IMG/VR virus record: IMGVR_UViG_3300025099_000014
Location: 1 to 64,000 of that record
Reading direction: 5' to 3' (one strand)
Length of the DNA stretch: 64,000 nucleotides
Source: a virus
Made by a program: the position numbers and the translations under genes. This document shows, piece after piece, positions 35,961-46,212 of this stretch. The first letter of the stretch is position 1; every line of letters begins with the position of its first letter. The notes beneath the pieces are model-generated. The model made no database searches and was not told the origin of the DNA. It was given only the letters and a program-made list of their open reading frames with translations.

Positions 35961-38956
35961 GCCACTTGACTTCTGTTCTTGCATTTAAGGACTATACTGC
36001 AATCGGTGCAGAAACAAAGTATACCCAAGAAATTGCTATAAATTTATTAAATAAATATATTTTTCCAAGTACTGCTTATGAGGGCGAAATAAATAATGTA
36101 CAAAATCCTAGTAGAGTAGTAGAGGACGCTTCAAGAATTGCACAAATTAAAGGCGTGAAGCGTGGATTAATTAGTTGGTTATTTTCTCATGAAGATGATG
36201 CCGAACAATATATTCCTAACTTTAACGAACAAGAGTTTGATAATATTAATAGAGATGCGTTTAATAGTATTTTAGACATGAACATGCAGGACTTTTTACG
36301 TGGTGTCGAAGGAACTACAGTAGAAGCCTTAACTCAAAGTATTGATAATCTTGATGTAGCGGCAGTTGGTGCTGATAAATTTAAAGCAATCGCAGATGCA
36401 GTTAAAGATGGTAAATTTTTCAATACAAATATTACGTTACGAGATATTAAAAATAAAACGGCAGTAAGCGAACAATTTTATAAATTAACACCTACTACTG
36501 TAGATGACCCCCTCTTTCAACAATATTTACAAATGACCGAAGATACACAATATGCTACTGCTAGTTCAGCAAAAGAAGGCACAAAAAAGGGCTATCTTAA
36601 TATCAATAAAATGCTAGAAGTCGCAAAAAGATGGGCTCATGTTATTTCATCAAGAGAATTTACTAAAATTTTAAATGGTGTAGAATCTAATACAACCGAT
36701 GAAGAACTAGAAGAATATAGAAGGCAGGGAGTGGATATAAAGTGGGAAGGTCTTAATTCACCTGAAGATATTATTGCACTTATGAAAAAAGGAGAAGATA
36801 CACCTTGGCAGATAATCTTGGCTAATTTTTTGGCACGTAGTATTGTAGATAAAAGTAGACCAGACCATATATCATATAACTACGAATTATTTTACCCATT
36901 ATCTGTGTTTGATGAATTTTCAAAAATGGATGAACTGTTAGATGAAATTAAATCTGAATCTCTAGATAAATTAAAAAAATTTATGGTTAAAAACACATAT
37001 GATTTTTCCTTTGACGTAGAGGACTTTGAAAAAGATTTAACATTTAATAATAACTTCAGTGATGGGGATGACTTAAATAAATTTTTAAACGTCTGCCATG
37101 TTATAGAACTAGTTAATGAACACGATAATAAAAAACTAAAAGGTTTAGATGCAGTAAATAAATTAGCATCAGAAATCGCAGAGGAGGTTTTAGAACAACT
37201 TTCTGGTGGTAAAATAATAGTGACACAATCTACTACTAAACAGGTAGATGTAGAGTTAGACGGTAAAAATTTACCATTAAGAATATTAGAGGGGACAAAC
37301 CCCATATCTATAAATGACATGGAAGATTTACTAGGTGAGACAGAATACACTAAAGATACAATAAATATGTTAGATGGAAAACAGGATGATGCTAGTATTA
37401 TTGAAATATTTGATAAAATAACAAGTAAAAAGAAAACCGATAAAGGAATTGCATTCTCGAAAGCGATAGTATATACTAGTACTTCTGAGAAAGATACTGT
37501 AGAACTATCACTAAATATTAACTTAGATTTGTCTAAAAAATCACCAATTCCTGACGCAGCAAAAAGTATGACTAAAACTAGAAAACCTAACATACAAAAA
37601 TTTAATAACGAGTTAAATTTACAAAAATACGCTGAAGTAAATACAGATAATACAGAACCAGCCAAATTATCAGTCGATGAACAGTTACTTAATATTGCTG
37701 AAAAGGCTTTAGACACTTTACAGGATTTTGGAAAAACACATAGAATGTTATCTATAATTAAAGGTAATGATGTTCAGAAAATACTAAGGCAGACCCAAAT
37801 AAAATCTGTTATTAGTATTTTAAATTCTGTTATCAATTCGGCTAGTGATGAGGTAAAGGGACAATATTCTGAAAGATTATCTAATATTACGAATGTTATT
37901 GTAAAAGATGATTTACAATACGATGAATTAATGACTGTTATAGAACCAATGTATACTTTAATAACTGATATAACCCAACAATTAGAGCCTAGTGATGATG
38001 AATTAATGCCTGAAACTTCAGATATGTCCGACGAAGAATATGAAGAGTGGGCGGAAAGGAAAAAGAAAGATTTGCAGGAATTGGAAGATGAAGAATCCGA
38101 TGAAGAAGAGGGGGTCGTACAAGACGACACATTATCCCCAGAGGTATTTTTAGAACTTGAAGGTGAAATAAAAGACCCTGATGATATTGGTACCATAGCC
38201 CATTTACGTAAAATTACTCAATCAGATAATGTAGACGATGTATATAGAGAGAAATTAGATTTTCTTAACGAATTTGGAAGAAGCGAAGACAATATTAATG
38301 CCATAAAAAGTTTAACAGATGAAAAAGAGAAACTAAAAGGGGATGATGAGAAGAAGGTACAACTATTAAATGTTAATGCCGAATATAATCTACGTACTAT
38401 CTTACAACAATTAATGCAGGTTGACGAAGAGGCCAGTGTTCCGTTTATAAACAGCCTAATTACAAAAGCAAAAAAATCAATCAGTAGTTTTAAAAAGACG
38501 AAGGGTATAGAAAGTACAATGGGTAGTAGTTATAAGTTACTAAAGGGCTATAATATTAAACAAATGGTTATTGATATTCTTACACGTTCAAGTGGTTTTA
38601 ATACCGTAGATATTGCGGACTTATCAGGGACAATAAAACTCACTTTTATATTTAATAAATCATATGGGAGTCAACAAAGGTTTGGTAACAAACTTAAGTC
38701 CTTTACTAAATTACAATACTCGCAGAAAAAACGAGTTGAATCGACAAGCGGTAAAGTTGATTTTACTGTGGTCCCTCTACACGGTAAAAACTATACAATG
38801 AGAAGTGTATTAACGCAGCAAGATACTGCTAGGGTTTCTGTTGGAGATAAGAGAAAAGGTGAAATATATGACTTCTTTAAGGTAAGGATTTATAATGAAC
38901 TTTACTCTAACATTAACGAGTTAGATAGATTACTTAAGCGGGTGGAAGCAGAATGA
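35957..38956 (+). CDS. Large acidic/helical hypothetical protein in the structural module
   Basis: 999-aa ORF with GTG start overlapping the upstream stop. Confidence 0.8.
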   Translation: MSHLTSVLAFKDYTAIGAETKYTQEIAINLLNKYIFPSTAYEGEINNVQNPSRVVEDASRIAQIKGVKRGLISWLFSHEDDAEQYIPNFNEQEFDNINRDAFNSILDMNMQDFLRGVEGTTVEALTQSIDNLDVAAVGADKFKAIADAVKDGKFFNTNITLRDIKNKTAVSEQFYKLTPTTVDDPLFQQYLQMTEDTQYATASSAKEGTKKGYLNINKMLEVAKRWAHVISSREFTKILNGVESNTTDEELEEYRRQGVDIKWEGLNSPEDIIALMKKGEDTPWQIILANFLARSIVDKSRPDHISYNYELFYPLSVFDEFSKMDELLDEIKSESLDKLKKFMVKNTYDFSFDVEDFEKDLTFNNNFSDGDDLNKFLNVCHVIELVNEHDNKKLKGLDAVNKLASEIAEEVLEQLSGGKIIVTQSTTKQVDVELDGKNLPLRILEGTNPISINDMEDLLGETEYTKDTINMLDGKQDDASIIEIFDKITSKKKTDKGIAFSKAIVYTSTSEKDTVELSLNINLDLSKKSPIPDAAKSMTKTRKPNIQKFNNELNLQKYAEVNTDNTEPAKLSVDEQLLNIAEKALDTLQDFGKTHRMLSIIKGNDVQKILRQTQIKSVISILNSVINSASDEVKGQYSERLSNITNVIVKDDLQYDELMTVIEPMYTLITDITQQLEPSDDELMPETSDMSDEEYEEWAERKKKDLQELEDEESDEEEGVVQDDTLSPEVFLELEGEIKDPDDIGTIAHLRKITQSDNVDDVYREKLDFLNEFGRSEDNINAIKSLTDEKEKLKGDDEKKVQLLNVNAEYNLRTILQQLMQVDEEASVPFINSLITKAKKSISSFKKTKGIESTMGSSYKLLKGYNIKQMVIDILTRSSGFNTVDIADLSGTIKLTFIFNKSYGSQQRFGNKLKSFTKLQYSQKKRVESTSGKVDFTVVPLHGKNYTMRSVLTQQDTARVSVGDKRKGEIYDFFKVRIYNELYSNINELDRLLKRVEAE

Positions 38957-40041
38957 TACACAGACCTTCAGATACATCAATAAATCAAGCGGACTACGCA
39001 AACGGTATAGGTTACTATACCGACGTGGCAAGAATTGCTAATTTACTCAGTGTTCCAGAATTCGATGATTCATCATATCCGACAGAAGGTCATGTGGGTG
39101 AACTAATTCGCTATGCAGAAGATTATATTGACGAATATACAAAAGATTCATGGCGACCAATTTTAATCGAAAACGAATACCATGATTTTGATTATGATAT
39201 GTTTAGAATGAATAGGGCTAGCATGTATAATAAGTATACAGATTATGTAGGGTATATCCGACTCAATGCAGAAAATCTTCGTAAAATAGTTAGGCTTGCT
39301 GTATGGCGTGGTAATCAGTGGGAAGAACTTGCTGGTGCTACTTCTTCTGTAACAATTACTGACCATACTAATATTACAAATGTTGTTTTACGTTTACCTA
39401 ATAGCGGAACTACTTTTACACTAACTCCCGGAACTACGGTTAGTACATTCAATACTACTTATGGTAATCGCACCGCTGCATATGAGTTAGCATATCTAAT
39501 TAACGAACAGTTACCTGTTATGACTAATGGGTTTACCGGGTCAAGTGGGAGGAAGGCTATAACATCAGGTTCAGATTCTATTAGTGATTTCTTTTATGCT
39601 ACTGTGGAGCAGGACAATAAGATAGTAATCTCATCTACGCTACTGGGCGATGATGGTAAAAACTGCACACTTACTGTAAGTGGTAGTGGGGTTTCAAGGG
39701 AAGATTTTTCAGATACCGAGGCCCGGGGCCGTGAGCAGGACTGGTGGGATATTCGTAATGATGGTGCTATATTTTTCCGAACTAACTACCCATATAATCA
39801 AAAACACTCTATTCGTGTTACATATCTTACAGGAGGGGCGTCAGTCCCTGCTATTATTACTGAGGCCGCTACCAAAATTGTAGCATGTGAACTTATGGCC
39901 GAAGACGATTCAACGCTTTTACTTGGTGAGAACGGTGAGGCCGGACTTGCTTTAACAGATAAATATACTAAGTATAAGGAAGAAATTGATAAAATTCTCG
40001 GTATGAAAAAGCGCCTTATTTATTTCTTGGATAGTGATTAA
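38953..40041 (+). CDS. Putative head-tail adaptor protein
   Basis: LIRYAEDYIDEYT at the N-terminus and IRVTYLTG...VPAIITEAATKIVA at the C-terminus are typical of gp6/gp15-like adaptors; central insertion. Confidence 0.7.
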   Translation: MIHRPSDTSINQADYANGIGYYTDVARIANLLSVPEFDDSSYPTEGHVGELIRYAEDYIDEYTKDSWRPILIENEYHDFDYDMFRMNRASMYNKYTDYVGYIRLNAENLRKIVRLAVWRGNQWEELAGATSSVTITDHTNITNVVLRLPNSGTTFTLTPGTTVSTFNTTYGNRTAAYELAYLINEQLPVMTNGFTGSSGRKAITSGSDSISDFFYATVEQDNKIVISSTLLGDDGKNCTLTVSGSGVSREDFSDTEARGREQDWWDIRNDGAIFFRTNYPYNQKHSIRVTYLTGGASVPAIITEAATKIVACELMAEDDSTLLLGENGEAGLALTDKYTKYKEEIDKILGMKKRLIYFLDSD

Positions 40042-40042
40042 T

Positions 40043-40771
40043 ATGTGGTATGATATAATTAAACAGGATAATGAGTTTTTTCTTGGTATAGAAACCTATG
40101 GTCCAGAAGTTAGCATGGCTATTTCTAATTATTCTATGGGGCTTACAGATACATTAGGTTTACGACTTATAATTGATACTCCTACAGCAAAACGTTTTAG
40201 GAAAAAAAATAGAAAAAAACTTATAGATGGTATATTTACTAAAATATATTCCGATATAATTAAAAATCATATGGAACTTGGAGAACCTATTGCTAAAGAT
40301 AAGTTTTACGAATTAGTTGCGGATGAAGCAAAAAAATATACTATAACGATGGAAATTTTAACCAAGAATAAAATTAGTAAGAAAGTAACTAATTTATACG
40401 TTTTAACATCAAGTGGAAAAATTGGAAGAAAATACCAACATTATTACAAATATGCGCGTAAAGTGAGCCCCCGACCAGTTCAAGATTTAATATCAAGGGG
40501 ATATATTGAATCTATTTCTGCCACAAATTTAGCACCAAGAGGAAATGACCCGGACGGCAGCAGGCGAACCAATACACATAGTCCTGACACAGCATATGGT
40601 TCGAAAGGAAGGGCAGTCCGAACATTAAGTAGAGATTACGAAAATAGTTTTATTAAAAAAAGAGAAGTTCCTCCTGATTTATATTTAGATAAACTACGTC
40701 CGTATATGGCAAGACCAACAGTTTCACGCGATAGAAGCCATCCCCCTAAACCATTTAGAGGGCGACGATAA
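40043..40771 (+). CDS. Basic W-tag protein within the neck module
   Basis: ATG 40043 gives MWYDIIKQ. Confidence 0.8.
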   Translation: MWYDIIKQDNEFFLGIETYGPEVSMAISNYSMGLTDTLGLRLIIDTPTAKRFRKKNRKKLIDGIFTKIYSDIIKNHMELGEPIAKDKFYELVADEAKKYTITMEILTKNKISKKVTNLYVLTSSGKIGRKYQHYYKYARKVSPRPVQDLISRGYIESISATNLAPRGNDPDGSRRTNTHSPDTAYGSKGRAVRTLSRDYENSFIKKREVPPDLYLDKLRPYMARPTVSRDRSHPPKPFRGRR

Positions 40772-40977
40772 TGTTTGATAAGATTTTAAAGAAACTACAA
40801 ACCTTACAAGAAAAAATACCTAATGTAGTAGAAACTACTAAGTCGCAGGCAGAAGAAGTAGAAAATATGAGCGAAGAACTTCTTGGGGTTAGAATGTCAG
40901 AAGAACTTACTGCTAAGTTTATAAAGGAAGAAATAAATAATAAAATTACTCAGGAATTAAAAAAGGTGTTTGAGTAA
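40771..40977 (+). CDS. Small helical protein, possible F-variant tag
   Basis: MFDKILKK; TAATG coupling on both sides. Confidence 0.75.
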   Translation: MFDKILKKLQTLQEKIPNVVETTKSQAEEVENMSEELLGVRMSEELTAKFIKEEINNKITQELKKVFE

Positions 40978-41618
40978 TGGCAGTAACAGAAGACGAAACA
41001 ACATCACTTATTACAATCCTTAGTGATAACTGGGCTGCTGCTTGTACTGCTTTAGATACTACAAACGGTAATGGACAAATAGCAGACATACACGCAGTAA
41101 CTCCACAAATACTAGATATTAGAAATATGAATTCTGGTAAAAATACTGATGCTCAAGGTCGCGCCCGTGGTGGTAATAGGATTAATACTAGTAAGGTAGA
41201 AACAGGAGATAGAACTGCTGGGACTCCCGAACCTATTTATTCTAATGATTTACTTATTATTTCTCAAAGTTCTCAAACTGTAAATTACCCTACGGTATTT
41301 TGGGATTCCCGTGACGAAATTCATGAAATGGAAATATGGATTCGCACTAGACAGGATGATAGAACACTAACTAATGGAAGTAAGGTTTCCCCTAATTCTG
41401 GTACATTTGGTATAGACCGAATCCGAAGCCTTTATATTATAGTTAGGTATATAATCGAATTAAGGCGTAAGGGCTATATCAAAAATGGCTTGTTGTATCA
41501 AAATATTAACCACTTAATACTAGGCGGAAGAACAGAAAGTAACGACAAGAGAAATAAATTATTCGGATATAAAGTAAATATAACAATGAGAAGATTAGCA
41601 CAAGGCGTCACATGTTAA
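40977..41618 (+). CDS. Putative tail terminator/neck protein
   Basis: Directly before the tail tube gene; EIWIRT...LFGYKVNITM pattern. Confidence 0.5.
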   Translation: MAVTEDETTSLITILSDNWAAACTALDTTNGNGQIADIHAVTPQILDIRNMNSGKNTDAQGRARGGNRINTSKVETGDRTAGTPEPIYSNDLLIISQSSQTVNYPTVFWDSRDEIHEMEIWIRTRQDDRTLTNGSKVSPNSGTFGIDRIRSLYIIVRYIIELRRKGYIKNGLLYQNINHLILGGRTESNDKRNKLFGYKVNITMRRLAQGVTC

Positions 41619-41639
41619 CAAAAAAAGTAGGTAAGTAAA

Positions 41640-43943
41640 ATGTCAACATCAGAAGTATGGATGGGTTCCGGTCTAACAATGACTATGGCCCCTGAAGCAA
41701 AACTGTTTTTAGGATATATGCCGTATGGCCCAACATTAGGTAGAGCAAGCACAAATAGAGCGCACTTAATTAAGTATAGTTTAGGCTATGCTGTGGATGG
41801 AGCATCTGTGGTAATTGATAATGCACATGGAGAAGGTAGTAACGCTGTAAAACATTTTACAGATTATTACCATTTAGTTCCTGATTTATATACGGGTTGT
41901 ACAGCAGAATTTTATACTAAGAGTGCTTCTGGAGATTCTTACGCATTAGAATTTACTGCTATGGTAGCAGGTAATGATGCTGACGCTATTTACCTTTCTG
42001 GTAATCTTGCTGATTTTCCAACATTATTCGCTGACGAAAATGCTGCTGTTTCTTCTTCAAGAAAAAGAGGATATATTTGTTTACAACAACATGGGGCAGT
42101 AGTTCCTGCACCTATTAGTTTAGAAACAGTTGCTACTGTTAGTACATTTACAAAAGATATTGAAGAAGTAACTGCTACATCAGGTACAGATTTAACTAAA
42201 TTAGCGATTGATGAATTAGTTTATGATACAGCGAATGGTGTTTGTGTTGGTAAAGTGTGGGGTTTTTCTGCTAATAATACTGCATTAGCGGCAAGAGATG
42301 CACATGATGGTGCTTCCACAGATGATACAGTACACTTTTTGTCTGCTAATTTAGGTACAGTTTCGGGTGCTTCAAGTGCTTCAAATAGTATTGGTACAGT
42401 AGTTATGCCTACATCTATGACCGGAATTTTAACAGCAGGTGATTTTATTTCAGGTGATTTAAATACTAGAACAAATGCAGCAGTTATTGGTATTGTAATT
42501 ACTCTTAGTTCTGATGGTACAACAGTTACGTTTGCACAAACGGCAACTCAATCATTTGGTTCAGGACATGAATTATATTGGGGTAGAGATACTTCTTTCG
42601 CTTTATCATCCAGTTTAACTTCTATTGCTAGAGTAAGTGCTAGAGTTCTTTCAGATAACTGGTTGGGGTTAGTAGATTCTGCTACTCCATCTACACCAGA
42701 TGTAATGACAGAACAAAAAATGATGGCTATTGGTGGAACTAGAAACGTAACATATCAATACAAAGGTATTGAAACTCCAGCAGCGGCATCATTAGATGCT
42801 ACATTAAATCACGGAACATGGTTACATTATGCTTTGGGGACAACTACTGCTAGTTCTACTGTTGTAGATACTGACCCTGCAACAAATGTTTTCCAAAGAG
42901 CAGGAGCAAACGCATCAACACACGAAGTTCATGCTGGTTATACCGAAAACGCTACTTTAGATTACGACGGAGGCTCACAAAATGGTAAATTCCATAGAGT
43001 ATTAAAAGGAACTGCTACTATTTGCCCACCATTAATACCCGGAGAAGCCACTGCTAAAGTAACTTTACCAAGTGTTTCTTCTGGACTTATTCAAAACGCA
43101 ATCACTTATACATTTAGCGAGCGTAATGATAATATTTTACCTTCTTTTGCTTTTGAATTATTAGCAGAAAAGGGTTCAAATGTTGACTCTATACCAATGG
43201 TTGACCGAGGAACAACTGCAAGACAAGATGCAACTACTTTTGATACGAAAGATAACGTATATGCAGAAATACATCCGGGAGCAACATTAGGTTCATTAAC
43301 TTTAACTGCTTCTGCGGAATCTGCAGTTACTGCTAACATGTCATTTAATGTTAAAACCGTCTTTGATTGTCCTACAGGATATGTTGGAAGGGCCTATGAT
43401 GCTACAAATAATATCACTAAGGGTTCTAACTTACCTAGAGTTCTTAATAACTTCGGACAAAATACTGGAGTCGCTACTGCTTCTAAGCAGGATTTCTTAA
43501 CCCCATATTACTTTAGCGATGGAACTATTAGTTTATTCGGTAGTGAATTTATGCGTGTTACTAGTTTCGATTTAGCCATAGAAAACACCCTAACTGATAA
43601 ACGTTTTATCGGCCAACACAATAAGAAAATACAAAGCGCACTACCCGGACAAAGGACATATACTATTAATATGACTGCTCAACTAACAGACCGAAGGCTA
43701 TTTGCAGAACTTAGAAATGAGGATTCTTTCCGTAGTGCTATGAGTAATGCTAATATTCAGTTACTTCTAACCAAAGCAACCGGAGAAAATATTAAACTTC
43801 AATTCGATGATTATATGATTTCTGTTGCTAGTTTCCCCGGACCTACAGATGACCGAGGGCCGCTTGAAGTATCATTTACTATTATGCCTATCCGTAAGGG
43901 AACCGAAATATCCACTAAAACCTCTTGGGTTCTTCAAGGATAA
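41640..43943 (+). CDS. Major tail tube protein with large insertions
   Basis: C-terminal tube motifs (SFAFEL, GATLGSLTLTA, VTSFDLAIENTL, PGQRTYTINMT, LEVSFTI); followed by chaperone and tape measure genes. Confidence 0.75.
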   Translation: MSTSEVWMGSGLTMTMAPEAKLFLGYMPYGPTLGRASTNRAHLIKYSLGYAVDGASVVIDNAHGEGSNAVKHFTDYYHLVPDLYTGCTAEFYTKSASGDSYALEFTAMVAGNDADAIYLSGNLADFPTLFADENAAVSSSRKRGYICLQQHGAVVPAPISLETVATVSTFTKDIEEVTATSGTDLTKLAIDELVYDTANGVCVGKVWGFSANNTALAARDAHDGASTDDTVHFLSANLGTVSGASSASNSIGTVVMPTSMTGILTAGDFISGDLNTRTNAAVIGIVITLSSDGTTVTFAQTATQSFGSGHELYWGRDTSFALSSSLTSIARVSARVLSDNWLGLVDSATPSTPDVMTEQKMMAIGGTRNVTYQYKGIETPAAASLDATLNHGTWLHYALGTTTASSTVVDTDPATNVFQRAGANASTHEVHAGYTENATLDYDGGSQNGKFHRVLKGTATICPPLIPGEATAKVTLPSVSSGLIQNAITYTFSERNDNILPSFAFELLAEKGSNVDSIPMVDRGTTARQDATTFDTKDNVYAEIHPGATLGSLTLTASAESAVTANMSFNVKTVFDCPTGYVGRAYDATNNITKGSNLPRVLNNFGQNTGVATASKQDFLTPYYFSDGTISLFGSEFMRVTSFDLAIENTLTDKRFIGQHNKKIQSALPGQRTYTINMTAQLTDRRLFAELRNEDSFRSAMSNANIQLLLTKATGENIKLQFDDYMISVASFPGPTDDRGPLEVSFTIMPIRKGTEISTKTSWVLQG

Positions 43944-43953
43944 CTGCATAAGG

Positions 43954-43961
43954 TTTATTAA
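43954..43961 (+). promoter_or_regulatory. Probable TATA box before the tail chaperone gene
   Basis: TTTATTAA in the intergenic gap, 40 nt before ATG 43994, with an AGTGA RBS-like site between. Confidence 0.5.
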
Positions 43962-43993
43962 TAAAGGGCGTATTGCTAAGGTTAGTGACAACT

Positions 43994-44371
43994 ATGAGTT
44001 ACACAATAGCCACAGATAAAAGCAAGTTGCTAGTTTCACGACAAGCAACGGAGCATTATGTTAGAATCGCTCCCGGTAGCGAAGAGTACCTAAAAATTTG
44101 GATTAAGGAACCAACGTTCCTGCAATTAGAACAGGCGCAAATGAAGTTATTCGACTTCAATGCTGGTTCTCAAGAAGTGAACCTAGACATGGCGGAAGTA
44201 TACCGTTACCTTTGGGATGCATTTGTGGAGAAAACTGAACCTGCTCTTAGTGCTATGGATGTATTAGGTCTTAATCCCTATATCGGCTCGCAAATCAAGG
44301 AGATTTTACCAAATCCCTTTGCATTTACAGAGGTGGATGAGGATTTAAAAGTGCCTATCGTCGAGCAATAA
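43994..44371 (+). CDS. Tail assembly chaperone (gpG-like)
   Basis: Between tube and tape measure genes; slippery site near the 3' end. Confidence 0.75.
   Translation: MSYTIATDKSKLLVSRQATEHYVRIAPGSEEYLKIWIKEPTFLQLEQAQMKLFDFNAGSQEVNLDMAEVYRYLWDAFVEKTEPALSAMDVLGLNPYIGSQIKEILPNPFAFTEVDEDLKVPIVEQ
44344..44350 (+). promoter_or_regulatory. -1 programmed ribosomal frameshift site T TTA AAA
   Basis: X XXY YYZ heptamer in the correct phase; the -1 frame reads SAYRRAIRTGKIDNPQIASRVI without a stop into ORF 44416-44604. Confidence 0.8.
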
Positions 44372-44604
44372 GAACAGGAAAAATAGATAATCCACAAATT
44401 GCATCGAGGGTAATTATGTATACTTTAGCCAAAGAATTGAATATTCCACCTCATGAGTTAATAAACTATCCTATTAGTTTAGTTACTGATTTAATGACTA
44501 TTTTTTCCGAAGTGAAATTATATGAGGCTGATTTAATAGACAAATCTACTAATAAAACTAGTGGAACTACAATGTCTAGTAATGATGGGATAAACTTTGG
44601 GTGA
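44350..44604 (+). CDS. Frameshifted C-terminal part of the tail chaperone (gpT-like)
   Basis: Open -1 frame from the slippery site; YTLAKELNIPPHELINYP is typical of gpT-like segments. Confidence 0.75.
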   Translation, partial: SAYRRAIRTGKIDNPQIASRVIMYTLAKELNIPPHELINYPISLVTDLMTIFSEVKLYEADLIDKSTNKTSGTTMSSNDGINFG

Positions 44605-44610
44605 TTTTAA

Positions 44611-46212
44611 ATGGCATGGAACTATAATGCAAAAACTTCAACGGATTCAATGGACAGTGTAGGTTTTAAATTAGAGGCTATGATTGCTGGTATTTCAAGA
44701 ATGGTTGAACTACAGGAACAATCTATAGAAAATGCTAAAAAATTAGGCAAAGAAACAGAAAAGGCTGATAAAAAAACTAAGACGTTGCTAAGAAGTGCCG
44801 CCAATCTATCATCCAGTGATACATGGTATGGTAAAGCATGGGTAGCAGTTAGACGTATTTCTTCCCGTGTTGCTCCTGAGTTTTGGGCAATACAGAATGC
44901 TGCTGTTGGTGCTATGGACACTGTAGAATCCTATTATAAATTTCTAGATGCAAGAAAGAAAAAGGATTCTGGTGAAAAATTATCCCCTATGCAGAAAATA
45001 GCACTAGGTATTATGGACACTAAAAAAGGCTTTGAAAAAGGAATGCAATTGGAACGTCTAAGATTAGATACTGGTATAACTAGAGATACTATAAAAGATA
45101 ATGAAGAACTTGCAGAGGCTTATTTTACTGCACAGCAAAACGTTGCTGAAAAAACAGCAAGGGGTGAATTTGCGCTAGAAGATATGGAGGCTATGGAGAC
45201 AGCAAAAAATCAGTTAGCGCAAGCACAAAAAATTGGTGAAGCAGTGGCTGTTGCTGAAGCAGGAGGCATGGCTAAATACAAGAGACAACTTTATAGAAAA
45301 GAGCAAGCCGCTAAGTTAGTAGAAAAATTTACTAGTATGAAAAATTTCTTTAAGGGTTTAAGAAAATTTGATTGGAAGGCATTTGGCGCACAGATTAAAT
45401 TAATTGCAGGTGCTGTTGCTAAATTTTTACTAGCGATTACATTAGTTATAGTTATATTTAAAGCACTTAATTTAGGTAAATTACTTCTTGCGATTGGTAA
45501 GGGGATATATGAATTTGGTGTAAAAGTAGTAGAAGGAATACTAATACTTATTGATGGTTTCGGAACGTTGATAGGTGGATTTATTGATTTATATAATGCG
45601 GTAGATACATTTATGGAAGAAGGTAACTGGCAACCTATATTAGATGCTATAATTAAAATAGTTACTGGTGCCGGGCTTATACTTTGGGGTCTAATTAGCA
45701 CATTGATAGTACCCATACTTGTGGGTATATGGGAGTTCCTTTCTTCAGCATTTACGGATTGGTTATCTTCTACTGCGGATGATGTTGAAGGAGGATTTAA
45801 TAAAGCCTTATCTATTGGATTGAACATACTTACTATTATTGGTTCTATTGCTGCGTTTATATATTTTCTTCCGTCAGTAATGTTAGGTCTACTAGCGGCT
45901 GCCTCTGTTGCCCTTGTTGGAACATTAATACAAGGATTTATTCCGGGTAGGGCGATGGGTGGTCCCGCGTCAGGTTTAACTTTAGTAGGTGAAAGAGGTC
46001 CGGAATTAGTATCTTTACCAACAGGTTCTACAGTATATAGTAATTCAGATTCAAAGAGAATGGCTACAGGTAATACTAATAATATCACAGTTAATGTTCA
46101 AGGCCGTATTGGTGCGTCCGATACAGAACTACGAGATATAGCACAAAAGATTGGGCGCATGGTTAATATGGAAGTTAATCGCACTACAGCAAGTAGAACG
46201 AGGGGAGCATAA
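44611..46212 (+). CDS. Tape measure protein
   Basis: Helical, hydrophobic Ala/Gly/Ile-rich central repeats; C-terminal RAMGGP...LVGERGPELV...NITVNVQG. Confidence 0.85.
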   Translation: MAWNYNAKTSTDSMDSVGFKLEAMIAGISRMVELQEQSIENAKKLGKETEKADKKTKTLLRSAANLSSSDTWYGKAWVAVRRISSRVAPEFWAIQNAAVGAMDTVESYYKFLDARKKKDSGEKLSPMQKIALGIMDTKKGFEKGMQLERLRLDTGITRDTIKDNEELAEAYFTAQQNVAEKTARGEFALEDMEAMETAKNQLAQAQKIGEAVAVAEAGGMAKYKRQLYRKEQAAKLVEKFTSMKNFFKGLRKFDWKAFGAQIKLIAGAVAKFLLAITLVIVIFKALNLGKLLLAIGKGIYEFGVKVVEGILILIDGFGTLIGGFIDLYNAVDTFMEEGNWQPILDAIIKIVTGAGLILWGLISTLIVPILVGIWEFLSSAFTDWLSSTADDVEGGFNKALSIGLNILTIIGSIAAFIYFLPSVMLGLLAAASVALVGTLIQGFIPGRAMGGPASGLTLVGERGPELVSLPTGSTVYSNSDSKRMATGNTNNITVNVQGRIGASDTELRDIAQKIGRMVNMEVNRTTASRTRGA

